The position numbers were made by a program, and so were the translations under genes. 64,000 bases of DNA, taken from an uncultured virus (IMG/VR IMGVR_UViG_3300034095_001964) (taxonomy: Duplodnaviria; Heunggongvirae; Uroviricota; Caudoviricetes). Location of the stretch: the IMG/VR virus record IMGVR_UViG_3300034095_001964; one strand, given 5' to 3'. Below the pieces are notes generated by a model. The model made no database searches. It had not been told where the DNA came from and worked only from the letters and a program-made list of their open reading frames with translations. Shown here piece after piece: positions 8,819 to 18,470 of the stretch. Numbering within the stretch: position 1 is the stretch's first letter; each line of letters starts with the position of its first letter.

Positions 8819-9211
8819 ATGAATAACACTCGCTCCACCAATTACCTTAAGAGCATTGTCAATGACAAATCGGCTCTGATCAAAATACGAAAGGTGCAAG
8901 CCGCTGCACGCGTCTTTAATCTCGAGCACAAACTCGCTCAAGCAAAAAATCCTGCGCACGTGCGCCTTGTGCAACGCGTTGACTATTTTGGCCGGCTTGG
9001 GCAAAACAATCCTGCGGCGCCTCTCTATCAAGAGAAGGCCCAAAAGAAAACTCGCTTTGGTGCTAATCCATATCAGCGCATTGCAATTGCGCATGCTACG
9101 ACAGTTGACATTTATGTTCGCACACAGCCACACCCAAGTGAATCATGCCGTCCCGTCATGCCGCGCCCTGCACCATGGGCACCCACCAAAGGACGCTGGT
9201 ACACTTGGTAA
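8819..9211 (+). CDS. hypothetical basic protein
   Basis: 130 aa ORF, Arg/Lys-rich. Confidence 0.65.
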   Translation: MNNTRSTNYLKSIVNDKSALIKIRKVQAAARVFNLEHKLAQAKNPAHVRLVQRVDYFGRLGQNNPAAPLYQEKAQKKTRFGANPYQRIAIAHATTVDIYVRTQPHPSESCRPVMPRPAPWAPTKGRWYTW

Positions 9212-9229
9212 ATACAAACACAACACACT

Positions 9230-9418
9230 ATGACCTACAAAGAACTACTTGAACGAATACAGAAGTTACCATTTGACCGTCTCCATGACACTGTCACGGT
9301 GTATTGTCCATATGAAGATGAATACATTAGTGTAAATGAGACTGACGTTGCTGACAACATATGCGCGCTGACACACGCACTGGAACAGGACCAACTGTTT
9401 TTGATACTCAACAGCTAA
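9230..9418 (+). CDS. hypothetical protein (MTYKELL...)
   Basis: Resembles small T4-like phage ORFs. Confidence 0.65.
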   Translation: MTYKELLERIQKLPFDRLHDTVTVYCPYEDEYISVNETDVADNICALTHALEQDQLFLILNS

Positions 9419-9500
9419 AATATAATGATTGCCATTCTTATTATTGTTTTCATCATTGTAATATTACTAAGAGACGAGTGAGAGGTTGTGAATCCTTTGA

Positions 9501-9508
9501 TATAAATA
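9501..9508 (+). promoter_or_regulatory. T4-type late promoter
   Basis: TATAAATA upstream of ATG 9536. Confidence 0.65.
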
Positions 9509-9535
9509 TCTTTGCGCATTAAACATGTCAAATTT

Positions 9536-9892
9536 ATGAAAAATAAAACTAATAGCCTTATGGCTCTAACAACAATTGCTGTTTCGTTCGCGCTAACAGC
9601 ACTAGCAGCTGCAGATCGTACTGCAACTATCGGATGGGAAGCAGACTCTACTGCAACCTCATTTATCGTAAAGGTTGGTGACGCTGTGGCAGCAACCGTA
9701 GAAACAAATGAGGCTACTTTCGTTATCCCGGACACCGCTACCTCAATTACTGTTGTGGCCGTAAATGCAGGTGGTGAATCGGAGCCATCAGCGACACTCG
9801 TTATTCCTGCAGCACCGCTTAATCCAAAGGGCGTATATGTGAAGAGTATTGTGCGCGTCACAACCACTACAACCACAAGCGTAAAAAGGTAA
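9536..9892 (+). CDS. secreted Fn3-like beta-sandwich protein
   Basis: Signal peptide MKNK..IAVSFALTALAA, then W..../VVAVNAGGESEPS Fn3 signature. Confidence 0.7.
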   Translation: MKNKTNSLMALTTIAVSFALTALAAADRTATIGWEADSTATSFIVKVGDAVAATVETNEATFVIPDTATSITVVAVNAGGESEPSATLVIPAAPLNPKGVYVKSIVRVTTTTTTSVKR

Positions 9893-9893
9893 T

Positions 9894-10703
9894 ATGAAGG
9901 CTGTCTGTTTGTTGTATGCATTGGGTTGCTTATGGTTAACAGGCATCACGGGTCACTGTGATAGTACAGTGACCCTTGCGTGGGATGCTAATCCCGAAGC
10001 CGATATCACCGGCTATAAAGTAAAATATGGCTTTGCTTCAAGAGTGTATTCTGTAGTTGTGCCTACAGGTAAGGTGACTGAAATAACCATACCAAATATG
10101 GTTGATGGTACGCTGTATTTCTTTGCGGTAAGTGCGGTGAATGCCGAAAACATGGAAAGCTTAGACAGCGATGAGATTAGCTATGTCGTTCCGACAAACG
10201 ATACTGATTGGCCATTAACATATACAACGGCAGTGGTGTATGTAGATAGTGAGGAAGCTAATGGCTATGATGCTTTTTTGGCAATTGATAAAAACCCAAA
10301 CACTTTTTGGCATACTGCATGGAAAACATCTCAACCTCCTTTTCCACACGAAATTCAAATTGACTTGGGTGGAGCACAAACAATAAAAGGATTTACTTAC
10401 CTGCCTCGCCAAGACAGATATCTTCAAGGTACGCTTGGTCAATATGAGTTTTATGCATCCGTTAACCGATTGGATAGAGGCTTTCCAGTTGCTAGCGGAA
10501 CATTTGCGGTTGATCATACATTGAAAACCGTTTATTTTCCTGCTGTTATGGCGAGGTATGTTATCTTAAAGGGTCTTAGCGATCCTACTAGCCGTACGCA
10601 AATGGCTGCGGCTGAAATAGCTGTGATTACAGACATGGTGAGTTTGCCTAAGCCTAACGGACCAAAGAATTTGTATCTTAAAAAGATAACACGCCTGCGA
10701 TGA
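9894..10703 (+). CDS. secreted Fn3 + discoidin (F5/8 type C) domain protein
   Basis: Signal peptide; VTLAWDANPEADITGYKVKYG Fn3; AIDKNPNTFWHT..PHEIQIDLG..GFTYLPRQD discoidin motif. Confidence 0.85.
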   Translation: MKAVCLLYALGCLWLTGITGHCDSTVTLAWDANPEADITGYKVKYGFASRVYSVVVPTGKVTEITIPNMVDGTLYFFAVSAVNAENMESLDSDEISYVVPTNDTDWPLTYTTAVVYVDSEEANGYDAFLAIDKNPNTFWHTAWKTSQPPFPHEIQIDLGGAQTIKGFTYLPRQDRYLQGTLGQYEFYASVNRLDRGFPVASGTFAVDHTLKTVYFPAVMARYVILKGLSDPTSRTQMAAAEIAVITDMVSLPKPNGPKNLYLKKITRLR

Positions 10704-11371
10704 ATAGAGAAGAAATTAATACACTAGTTGTAAGTGATATACATTTGGGAACAAGTGTCTCACAGAAAGACAAGTTTCTAAAAGTCCTTGATCTTAATTT
10801 TAAAACATTAATTATTAATGGTGATCTTTTTGATAATTATAGTTTTCATAGGTACGATAAAAAAGATTGGAGGATCTTGTCGAAAATAAGAAAGCTAACC
10901 AAGACACATAGTGTTGTTCTTGTACACGGCAATCATGATGAAGACTGTGAATTTATTACAGGGGTTACTGGCATGCATTTTGTTGAGAACCATAGCATGG
11001 TGATAAACAATAGAAGTTTTTATCTTGAGCATGGTCATCAGTATGATAAGTGGACAAGTGAGCGGCCGCTTGCGACATGGTTCTTTACAGGCTTATATTA
11101 CTGGTTTCAAAAGTTTGATCCTTCGCACACTCTTACGCGACACATTAAAAGACTATCCAAATCGTGGATAAGAGCAAAAGATATTGTTCGTTCAAAGTTT
11201 GTCTTGAAGCATCAAAAAACAGCAGAGATACTTATTGCTGGTCATACGCACTATCCAGAGATACGACACTTTGCGCAATGTACATATATCAATACCGGGA
11301 GCTTTTGTGCTGAGTCATGTTCCTATTGTATTATTGATGATTATGGAGATTTTGAATTGGTTTACGTTTAA
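10700..11371 (+). CDS. calcineurin-like metallophosphoesterase (LpxH-like)
   Basis: SDIHLG, NGDLFD, GNHD, HGHQYD, GHTH, NTGSF. Confidence 0.88.
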   Translation: MNREEINTLVVSDIHLGTSVSQKDKFLKVLDLNFKTLIINGDLFDNYSFHRYDKKDWRILSKIRKLTKTHSVVLVHGNHDEDCEFITGVTGMHFVENHSMVINNRSFYLEHGHQYDKWTSERPLATWFFTGLYYWFQKFDPSHTLTRHIKRLSKSWIRAKDIVRSKFVLKHQKTAEILIAGHTHYPEIRHFAQCTYINTGSFCAESCSYCIIDDYGDFELVYV

Positions 11372-11377
11372 TTTTTT

Positions 11378-11977
11378 ATGAAGAAAATTAAATTGTACTT
11401 GATTAGACATGGCCAAAGCGAAGGAAATGTAAACTCTCAAGTGTATCATACCACCAGAGATTGCGACGTTAAGCTGACAACGGTTGGCCACAAGCAAAGC
11501 CTAGACGCAGGCGAGCAACTGTGTACATTATTACAGGGGCAAACACCTCGCATCATTTGCAGTTCCTACACCCGCGCAAAGCAAACGGCACACAATATCT
11601 ACACTGCATTGGCACAGCACAACGCTAACACTGCTGTGCCAGTTGAGAATGTATTGTTGCGTGAACGAGAATGGGGTGCATTGCGAAACTCTGTAGACAA
11701 TCGCAACTTTACCAGAGAAGAACATTTTAACTTCTATTATCGTGCTCAAGGTGGCGAAAGTTACGCTGATGCATACTTGCGTGTAGCAACATTTTTTCAA
11801 GGTCTCTTTTGTGAAAGACTGCAGTGTCCAAATGACGACAGGCCAATCATCATAGTTTCTCATGGTGAATGCATTCGCCTTGCGCTAATGTATCTTGATG
11901 GAAATACCGTTGAGCACTTTACGGTCAACCGTAAGAATCCAAAAAATTGTGAAATTATTACGAGAATACTATCATAA
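11378..11977 (+). CDS. histidine phosphatase (phosphoglycerate mutase family)
   Basis: RHGQSEGN, SSYTRAKQT, LREREWG, GGES, VSHG. Confidence 0.92.
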   Translation: MKKIKLYLIRHGQSEGNVNSQVYHTTRDCDVKLTTVGHKQSLDAGEQLCTLLQGQTPRIICSSYTRAKQTAHNIYTALAQHNANTAVPVENVLLREREWGALRNSVDNRNFTREEHFNFYYRAQGGESYADAYLRVATFFQGLFCERLQCPNDDRPIIIVSHGECIRLALMYLDGNTVEHFTVNRKNPKNCEIITRILS

Positions 11978-11982
11978 AGTCC

Positions 11983-12011
11983 TTTACATTTGCTAAAAAA
12001 TATTGTATAAT
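11983..12011 (+). promoter_or_regulatory. early promoter (near-leaderless transcript)
   Basis: TTTACA(11983-11988)-17-TATAAT(12006-12011); ATG at 12020. Confidence 0.8.
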
Positions 12012-12019
12012 AAACTGTA

Positions 12020-12289
12020 ATGAAAAACAGATATACAAAAGAAACTCTAAAAGCCGCGCTGCAAGTAGGCGCACACGCCGTAACATTTACAAAGAAGGAT
12101 GGATCAGTTCGTGAAATGATTGCCACATTGCATGCATCCGATATCCCAAGTGAGCATACACCCAAAGGAACTGGTCTTATTAGCGCTGCTGCTGATGCGC
12201 CTCTGCGTGCATATGACATTGCCAATGATGGCTGGCGGAGTATTAATGTTAGCACGGTCACCAGCGTGGTTCCATTCAATAACGGCTAA
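12020..12289 (+). CDS. conserved T4-like small SH3/Sm-like (WYL_2-type) protein
   Basis: VTFTKKDGSVREMIATL ... YDI...GWRS motif. Confidence 0.75.
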   Translation: MKNRYTKETLKAALQVGAHAVTFTKKDGSVREMIATLHASDIPSEHTPKGTGLISAAADAPLRAYDIANDGWRSINVSTVTSVVPFNNG

Positions 12290-12291
12290 TC

Positions 12292-13512
12292 ATGAGCATA
12301 CAATTTAAAGCAGGGCGCGTAATTGCGCCTGATTCCAAATGGACTGGTGAGGAACCAGATTGGCACGGCTGGGAAAAGTGGGACACTGAAAAGTTTTATC
12401 GTACTCGCCAGCGTGCACTGCAATTCTATAACTATTACCTTGACGCTGCAGCAATGAAGCCGATGGTATTGGCATGGATGAAGAAGGAAGGCTATTCTCA
12501 AACCGAGATTGCCGTAATTAAAGATGCCAACGCAAATGTATTGCCAACCACCGTGGGTAAACTTGTGCGCTGTCTTGAACGCGGCATGCCAAGCCTTCAT
12601 CCTGAAGCGCACAGCTACTTTGCGGCATTGCCATGGCATGAACATCCACCAACTCCTAAGGATGACCGCAGTACAGCCAAAGGTGAAATTAACAATGCTC
12701 TTGCGGTATTGAGTAATGTCAAGTATGTTGCTGCGCTGGAAAACGCTACGCCTAAAGCATATGTACCATCACCATTGGAACGTATTAAAACTAAAGTTGA
12801 AAAGGAAATTGTTGGTGCGCTACTTGAGCCACTACTTGATGCATGGTGCGATACGCGTGCAGAGGTTGCAACCGTCAATCTTGTAAGTTACTTGCGCGAT
12901 GGCAAGGTGCCAACTCAAGGCTGCAAGTTTATCCTTGAATGGCTAAATGCAGTGCACACTGAATTTAATGGTGCTTACTCTAAAGAAGACCCACAACTCG
13001 TTGAAGGATATGACTATATTCCTAGAGCTGATCTTCGCAAGATTGTCAAGAACCTTGAAATCATGATTGGTGACGTCAATTCACATGCTAAAATTAAGGT
13101 GAGTATGCGCAAGCCGCGCGTCAAAAAAGTTAAGGACGCAGGCAAACAGGTTGCACGTCTTAAGTATCAAACCAACAGCAGCGAATACAACATTGACAGC
13201 ATTAGCCCATCGCGTATCCCTACGGCACAAAGACTCTATGTGTTTAATACCAAAACACGTCAACTGGGTGTTTACTTTGCAAAAGGTAGTGCAGGATTTG
13301 AAGTAAAAGGCACCAGCATCAAAGGCTATGACGAGAGCACAAGCTACATCGCAACATTGCGCAAACCTAAAGACTTGCTTACTGCAGTGTTGAGCAGCAC
13401 GCCTAAAGCATTGGAAAAAACACTTGACAACTCTAAGCTTAATAAAAAACCAGCAAACGGCCGGTTTAACGAACACACCATCTTACTTAAAGTAATTGAA
13501 AACAAACTATAA
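12292..13512 (+). CDS. conserved hypothetical T4-like phage protein
   Basis: VFNTKTRQL..GFEVKGTSI..TLRKP..NGRFNE motif; lies directly upstream of gp33. Confidence 0.75.
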   Translation: MSIQFKAGRVIAPDSKWTGEEPDWHGWEKWDTEKFYRTRQRALQFYNYYLDAAAMKPMVLAWMKKEGYSQTEIAVIKDANANVLPTTVGKLVRCLERGMPSLHPEAHSYFAALPWHEHPPTPKDDRSTAKGEINNALAVLSNVKYVAALENATPKAYVPSPLERIKTKVEKEIVGALLEPLLDAWCDTRAEVATVNLVSYLRDGKVPTQGCKFILEWLNAVHTEFNGAYSKEDPQLVEGYDYIPRADLRKIVKNLEIMIGDVNSHAKIKVSMRKPRVKKVKDAGKQVARLKYQTNSSEYNIDSISPSRIPTAQRLYVFNTKTRQLGVYFAKGSAGFEVKGTSIKGYDESTSYIATLRKPKDLLTAVLSSTPKALEKTLDNSKLNKKPANGRFNEHTILLKVIENKL

Positions 13513-13754
13513 TGACAACAGAAGAACTGCCTATTAAAGTATTGAGCAAACAGGAGTTTGCAATGCAAATTGAAAGGCGCGTGCAGCGCAAAGAAATGGG
13601 TTACTTGGAAGCCATTATTGACTATTGTGATGATCATGGGTTTGAGGCCGATGACATATACAAGTTGGTTGTTGGAAGCCTTAAGGAAAAACTTGAAGCT
13701 GAAGCACAGCGCAATAATCTATTGCCCAAAACGTCAACAGGTGCATTTGGGTGA
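13512..13754 (+). CDS. gp33: late transcription coactivator gp33
   Basis: FAMQIE..YLEAIIDYC..LKEKLEAEA..NLL; synteny with gp59/gp32. Confidence 0.88.
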   Translation: MTTEELPIKVLSKQEFAMQIERRVQRKEMGYLEAIIDYCDDHGFEADDIYKLVVGSLKEKLEAEAQRNNLLPKTSTGAFG

Positions 13755-14398
13755 TTTGTCTTTCCACCGAAACAGGCATTGCACCATTTGATGTATGGAG
13801 TATCTATACATCAATAAATTTGCATTTTAAAAAAGGTGGCAGCTATGACGCATTTAAGTTTAACTTTAAAGGGCCGCGTCTAAAGCGCGAAAGCTTTATG
13901 GCAAATCGCAACCGTTACTCTTTTGAAAAACTAGCGCGCACATATCCCAAAAAGAATGACTTGATTTGCTATTTCATGAGCAATGTAGTTGCGGGCAATG
14001 CATGGATCAATGCTATGAATGACTCCGCATACAATCAATGGCTTGCAAAGATTCAAGCGTTGGACTATAGCTTTAAGGCTGAAATGAGTGATGCTGCAGC
14101 TGTTGCAGAGCGCAATGGTTATTCATTTGACCAACTCTTTAATCCACGCGACAAAAGCGATGTACCTGCAATCTATAAACTGTATCAAGCCGAAAGAGTA
14201 AGCCTTGAGTCACTGGCCATACTTGACAATCTGCTACACTATACCAAGAGTATAAATAAAAATCTTAGTGATCCGCTTGAAATATCGTCAGATATATCTC
14301 ACCGCATCATTAAGTATAAACCTTTCCTACGCTCAGAAATGAATGTAGAAAAACACAAAAATATTGTAATTAATTTGTTTACAAGTGTAAGCAAATAG
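13751..14398 (+). CDS. gp59: helicase loader gp59
   Basis: LHF...YDAFKF, RYSFEKLA, KYKPFL; synteny. Confidence 0.88.
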   Translation: MICLSTETGIAPFDVWSIYTSINLHFKKGGSYDAFKFNFKGPRLKRESFMANRNRYSFEKLARTYPKKNDLICYFMSNVVAGNAWINAMNDSAYNQWLAKIQALDYSFKAEMSDAAAVAERNGYSFDQLFNPRDKSDVPAIYKLYQAERVSLESLAILDNLLHYTKSINKNLSDPLEISSDISHRIIKYKPFLRSEMNVEKHKNIVINLFTSVSK

Positions 14399-14406
14399 GT
14401 TATAAT
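14378..14406 (+). promoter_or_regulatory. early promoter for gp32
   Basis: GTTTACA-17-TATAAT(14401-14406). Confidence 0.8.
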
Positions 14407-14448
14407 AATTACACAACGCAATACAACAACACACTGTTAAAAAATAAT

Positions 14449-15375
14449 ATGTCATTTGAAAAACTAAAACAAAATCGGTCAGACGCAATTAACAAACTTG
14501 TTAATGCTGCTGAAAAAGTCGGAGGAGCTACCAAAACTTATGGTGATGATCGCCTATGGTCGCCAGTAGTTGATAAAGCAGGCAATGGTTATGCCATCAT
14601 TCGTTTCCTGCCAGCAAAAGAAGGCGATGACCTGCCATGGGCTCGCTTTTGGGACCATGGATTCAAGGGGCCAACTGGTCGCTGGTATATTGAAAACAGC
14701 TTGACAAGCATTGGCCAAGCCGATCCTTGCAGCGAAATCAACAGCGTACTGTGGAACAGTGGCAATGAAAAGGATAAGGAAATTGCACGTGACCGCAAGC
14801 GTCGTTTGCATTATGTGTCAAACATTCTTGTGGTTAGCGATCCTGCAAATCCAGCAAATGAAGGTAAGGTTTTCCTCTATAAGTATGGAAAGAAAATCTT
14901 TGATAAGATTATGGATATTATGCAGCCTCAATTTCAAGATGAGACTCCGGTTAATCCATTTGATTTTTGGGCTGGTGCAAACTTCCGTTTAAAGATTCGC
15001 AACTTTGAAGGTTATCGCAATTATGATAAGAGTGAATTTGACAAGGCAAGTGAATTGTTTAATGGTGATGAAGCACAACTTGAGGAAACCTATGGCAAAC
15101 TCTATAAGTTAAGCGACTTTACTGACCCATCCAATTACAAGTCATATGCAGAATTAAAGCGCAAGCTGGTTGAAGTTCTTGGCGCAGAAGCGGCTGGTGC
15201 AAGTCATGAAAGCGAAAGTGTTGAAACACCATCGCGGAGCGTGATTGGCCGCACCGTTGAAGCGGCGGAACCACAGCGCACTGTGCAAAGCAGCTTTGAA
15301 ACAACTAGTGCCACAACTGATTCTGACGATGACGATGACAGCCTTAGTTATTTTGCTAAGCTTGCTCAAAGCTAA
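14449..15375 (+). CDS. gp32: single-stranded DNA-binding protein gp32
   Basis: DDRLW..DKAGNGYAIIRFLP, KYGKKIFDKI, NPFDFWAGANF, acidic tail LSYFAKLA. Confidence 0.97.
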   Translation: MSFEKLKQNRSDAINKLVNAAEKVGGATKTYGDDRLWSPVVDKAGNGYAIIRFLPAKEGDDLPWARFWDHGFKGPTGRWYIENSLTSIGQADPCSEINSVLWNSGNEKDKEIARDRKRRLHYVSNILVVSDPANPANEGKVFLYKYGKKIFDKIMDIMQPQFQDETPVNPFDFWAGANFRLKIRNFEGYRNYDKSEFDKASELFNGDEAQLEETYGKLYKLSDFTDPSNYKSYAELKRKLVEVLGAEAAGASHESESVETPSRSVIGRTVEAAEPQRTVQSSFETTSATTDSDDDDDSLSYFAKLAQS

Positions 15376-15388
15376 TTGTTAAAACGCG

Positions 15389-15427
15389 AATGCGCAAAGG
15401 CTTCTAACGCGGTCTTTGCGCATTTTT
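15389..15427 (+). terminator. intrinsic terminator after gp32
   Basis: AATGCGCAAAGGC / GTCTTTGCGCATT stem plus T run. Confidence 0.8.
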
Positions 15428-15428
15428 G

Positions 15429-15436
15429 TATAAATA
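15429..15436 (+). promoter_or_regulatory. T4-type late promoter
   Basis: TATAAATA immediately after the terminator. Confidence 0.7.
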
Positions 15437-15442
15437 TGATAG

Positions 15443-15712
15443 ATGTGTATGAAACCATACATTAAAGTATTTAGTATTGGCACCTGCAAAGATTGCGCAG
15501 CCTATCATCAAACCGTACATGACTTTTGTGTTGAACATAAAATCGAGTATGATATTATAGATGTTGATCGCGAAGAAAATTTGCATGAGATATTAGCGCG
15601 CAAGCTACAATATATACCATCAACACTTGTATTTAAAAACAGCACACTGCTAAGACAAGCAGGCGAGATACTAACAAAAGAAGCGCTAACACAACTTGTA
15701 TATGGTATTTGA
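15443..15712 (+). CDS. thioredoxin/glutaredoxin-like protein
   Basis: CKDC motif, IDVD, IPS cis-Pro motif; start may be 15449. Confidence 0.75.
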   Translation: MCMKPYIKVFSIGTCKDCAAYHQTVHDFCVEHKIEYDIIDVDREENLHEILARKLQYIPSTLVFKNSTLLRQAGEILTKEALTQLVYGI

Positions 15713-15959
15713 AGAAACTGTTTTTGATTTTGGGTTCACGGCCGTTCACGAAGACGAGCTTGAAAGTGTACAAGCAGCGGCTAATAGCAGCGCACTAGCG
15801 GTAACAACGCAAACCAAATTGGACGCACTCTATAAAGCAATACTTCCATTGCTAGACAATCTTAAAAAGAATCCTGAAAAGGACTATATCTTTTGGCCTA
15901 AACGTATGGACAAAATAAAAGCGTTTGAGACGATGATTAAACAAATCTACAAAGCCTAG
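15702..15959 (+). CDS. conserved T4-like hypothetical protein
   Basis: FDFGFTAV.EDEL and LPLLDNLKKNPEKDYIFWP motifs. Confidence 0.75.
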   Translation: MVFEETVFDFGFTAVHEDELESVQAAANSSALAVTTQTKLDALYKAILPLLDNLKKNPEKDYIFWPKRMDKIKAFETMIKQIYKA

Positions 15960-16255
15960 CCAGCATATACGTTTCCGCCTGCAACACACACTGAGGCTGT
16001 AAAGGTGCTGTTATGGCTGTCAAGCAAGTCGCCGTTGCAATGCACACCACGTCCATTTATGAATACCGTGGCACTACCAATTTGAGCCTTTTCTCCACAC
16101 GCTGTAGAGTCGCCAATTGCAACAGCCTGATACCCGCCTATGTATACGGTGTTGGCGTTGCTAGCATACGGCGAATTGGTATGAGGCGTGCCGCCGCCAA
16201 CTGGCGTGTGTGTGCTAGCATAATCAGCTCCGCATCTTGCAATACTCTTACCCAT
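15956..16255 (-). CDS. PAAR spike-tip protein (gp5.4-like)
   Basis: IARCG, GDSTACG, GSATVFING, GD..DSH, GGNVYAG. Confidence 0.8.
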   Translation of the reverse strand: MGKSIARCGADYASTHTPVGGGTPHTNSPYASNANTVYIGGYQAVAIGDSTACGEKAQIGSATVFINGRGVHCNGDLLDSHNSTFTASVCVAGGNVYAG

Positions 16256-16257
16256 AA

Positions 16258-18282
16258 TTATACGCTTGCAAAACCCATTGCGCTGCCAGTCATTATTGGA
16301 TCGTATGAGCTGTTGGTATTGTTTACAGAACTTTGAGTTGTATTGGTGGTATTGCCTCCATAATTATTAACAATTACTGGTGATATTGATATGGTATTGC
16401 TGCTATTTAATAGTTCAGCACCGGTTGTATTGGTTATAGGAGTTACAACTGGTTTAGACCTAGACGATTTTTCACCATCTGACAATTGTTCGCCTGTAGA
16501 CATTTTACCATTGACAGCCCCTGGCGCCATTTCCTTTCCGCCAGCTTTAAGACCAGCATATTCGTATATACTATCTGGTATTGCTTTTGCAACCCAGCTC
16601 ATTGGATTAAGCATACCGGTAGCCGATGGATCAGGCAACACATCTCGCAATACACTTTTTGCAAATCCTTCAGCGAGATTACCAATGCCGCTCAATGCAC
16701 CGTCAATTGCTTGGCCCATTTGTCCAGTCAATTCATTTATAAGAGATGGTATATTCATTATCCAATGGATGAAGCTATCAATTGCTTCGCCTATAGCATC
16801 AAATACACTTTTGTAAACATCAGCAAAAGAAAAACTATCTAAAACATTTGCAATGTCAAATGCACCAAACATAGTAGCAATCCATGAAAACGCTCCTTTA
16901 AGAGTATCCAATATGCCACTTACTATAGTTAGCCATATGCCGGCCACGTTAAAATTTTCAAAGGCTTTAGAGAATTTTTCAAACGAAAAGATTGATTTAA
17001 ACCAGTCAAATGCATATATGACGGTATCAAAGATTGCATCAACACCATCCTTAAATAGTTGCGAAAAGGAGAAGCTGTCAAGCACCTTTGATACATTATC
17101 AAATCCTAACATGGACGCAATCCATGAGACCGCGCCTTTAATCATATCCAATAAGCCTCCTATCAATGCATCAAATATTCCAACTATTGCACCTTTAATA
17201 CCGCCAATAATTCCATCTTCTTTAAAGCCTTTGACGAATCCAATGATAGCAGCGATTAACGAAGTTATAATTAACAGCGGTAATGCAATTACTTTCATCA
17301 GAGGACCCAACGCTTTTAATACGCTTCCCAATACATTAGCAAGGCCTTTACCCAATTTTAAGCCGGCCTGAAATCCTTGAAAAAACATCCCAAATGTATT
17401 GCTTAGCAATCCAAAAAATTTGCTAAAGCCACTAAAGAATTTGCTTATACCAGTTGCGCTCTCTCCAATTACTGCACCAGCTGACTTTGCAGTATTAAAC
17501 AACTCAGATAGTGTTTTACCTGCGGTGCTTAATGCTTTAGCAAAATCGGTCCAGGCTTTACCTATTTGTTGTATTTTACCAACTAACGGTTTAAATAATT
17601 TTCCATTTAAATATGATACAGCCAAATCAACTTGCATGGCAACAGCTACTGCCATTGAACGCAATTGATTTCCTATGCGCGCAAACTTTCCAATTATAGA
17701 CCTATTGTCTAAAAAGGCGGATACAGCTTTATATGCGCGTACAAATATTCCAACTATATTGCTTTGTATCTTTGCAATTGTTTGACTAATTGACTTTATC
17801 CAATTTGCATCTTTAATTAGCGCACCAAACAGCGCAGCAACTTCACTGACAAATCCTACAACGGTACCGCCAATGAGGCCTGCCGCAAAAGCAAGAATAC
17901 CAGCTAAACCGCTTTCGCCATCTTTTTCTTTTTTCTTTTTCTTTTCTTTAGGCTGTATCTCTTCCTTATCACGCCCGCGCAATGCAGCAAGAAGATCACG
18001 GCGATTTTCTTCTTGCTGCATATCATTGCTTGTAAAGAATTCTAGCAACTCTTTATTGCTACGACTAATGTCAGACACCATGCGGCGCAAACTGGTGACA
18101 ACCGCTAACAGCTGCCCACCATTGTCAACACGCTCACCTTCAGCTTGTGCACCAATCAAAAGACTGCGAGTAACCAATTTATTGTTGTCGTCTATTGCAT
18201 CCATAATACGCTCGCCTGAAAGGTTTAAACTTTTAAGATGTGTGATTACTTCTGCTAATTGACTGGTTTCAGTATTGGCCAT
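16258..18282 (-). CDS. tape measure / gp29-like protein
   Basis: Long amphipathic Ala/Gly/Ile helical repeats with periodic W/F, N/T-rich tail; follows gp26/gp51. Confidence 0.75.
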   Translation of the reverse strand: MANTETSQLAEVITHLKSLNLSGERIMDAIDDNNKLVTRSLLIGAQAEGERVDNGGQLLAVVTSLRRMVSDISRSNKELLEFFTSNDMQQEENRRDLLAALRGRDKEEIQPKEKKKKKEKDGESGLAGILAFAAGLIGGTVVGFVSEVAALFGALIKDANWIKSISQTIAKIQSNIVGIFVRAYKAVSAFLDNRSIIGKFARIGNQLRSMAVAVAMQVDLAVSYLNGKLFKPLVGKIQQIGKAWTDFAKALSTAGKTLSELFNTAKSAGAVIGESATGISKFFSGFSKFFGLLSNTFGMFFQGFQAGLKLGKGLANVLGSVLKALGPLMKVIALPLLIITSLIAAIIGFVKGFKEDGIIGGIKGAIVGIFDALIGGLLDMIKGAVSWIASMLGFDNVSKVLDSFSFSQLFKDGVDAIFDTVIYAFDWFKSIFSFEKFSKAFENFNVAGIWLTIVSGILDTLKGAFSWIATMFGAFDIANVLDSFSFADVYKSVFDAIGEAIDSFIHWIMNIPSLINELTGQMGQAIDGALSGIGNLAEGFAKSVLRDVLPDPSATGMLNPMSWVAKAIPDSIYEYAGLKAGGKEMAPGAVNGKMSTGEQLSDGEKSSRSKPVVTPITNTTGAELLNSSNTISISPVIVNNYGGNTTNTTQSSVNNTNSSYDPIMTGSAMGFASV

Positions 18283-18287
18283 TGTTT

Positions 18288-18470
18288 TTAGTTGCTATTT
18301 TTGCGCTTTTGTTCTTCTTCTTTAAGATGTGAAACAAGCATTGAAATGTATATTTCCCTCTCCCATGGTATCATCATATCCAATTCACTTAATGAGTATT
18401 TGTGGTGCTGCATTAGTGCAAAGTTAGTTTGGAAATAATTAACCAGTGATTCATGTGAGAGGGCTAATCG
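18288..18470 (-). CDS. gp51: gp51-like baseplate hub assembly protein (probably expressed as a -1 frameshift extension of gp26; first ATG at 18413)
   Basis: Frame reads RLALSHESLVNYFQTNFALMQHHKYSLSELDMMIPWEREIYISMLVSHLKEEEQKRKNSN*. Confidence 0.85.
   Translation of the reverse strand, partial: RLALSHESLVNYFQTNFALMQHHKYSLSELDMMIPWEREIYISMLVSHLKEEEQKRKNSN

Noticed and set aside
9415..9921. 168-aa minus-strand ORF
   Set aside because: Antisense shadow of the signal-peptide Fn3 gene
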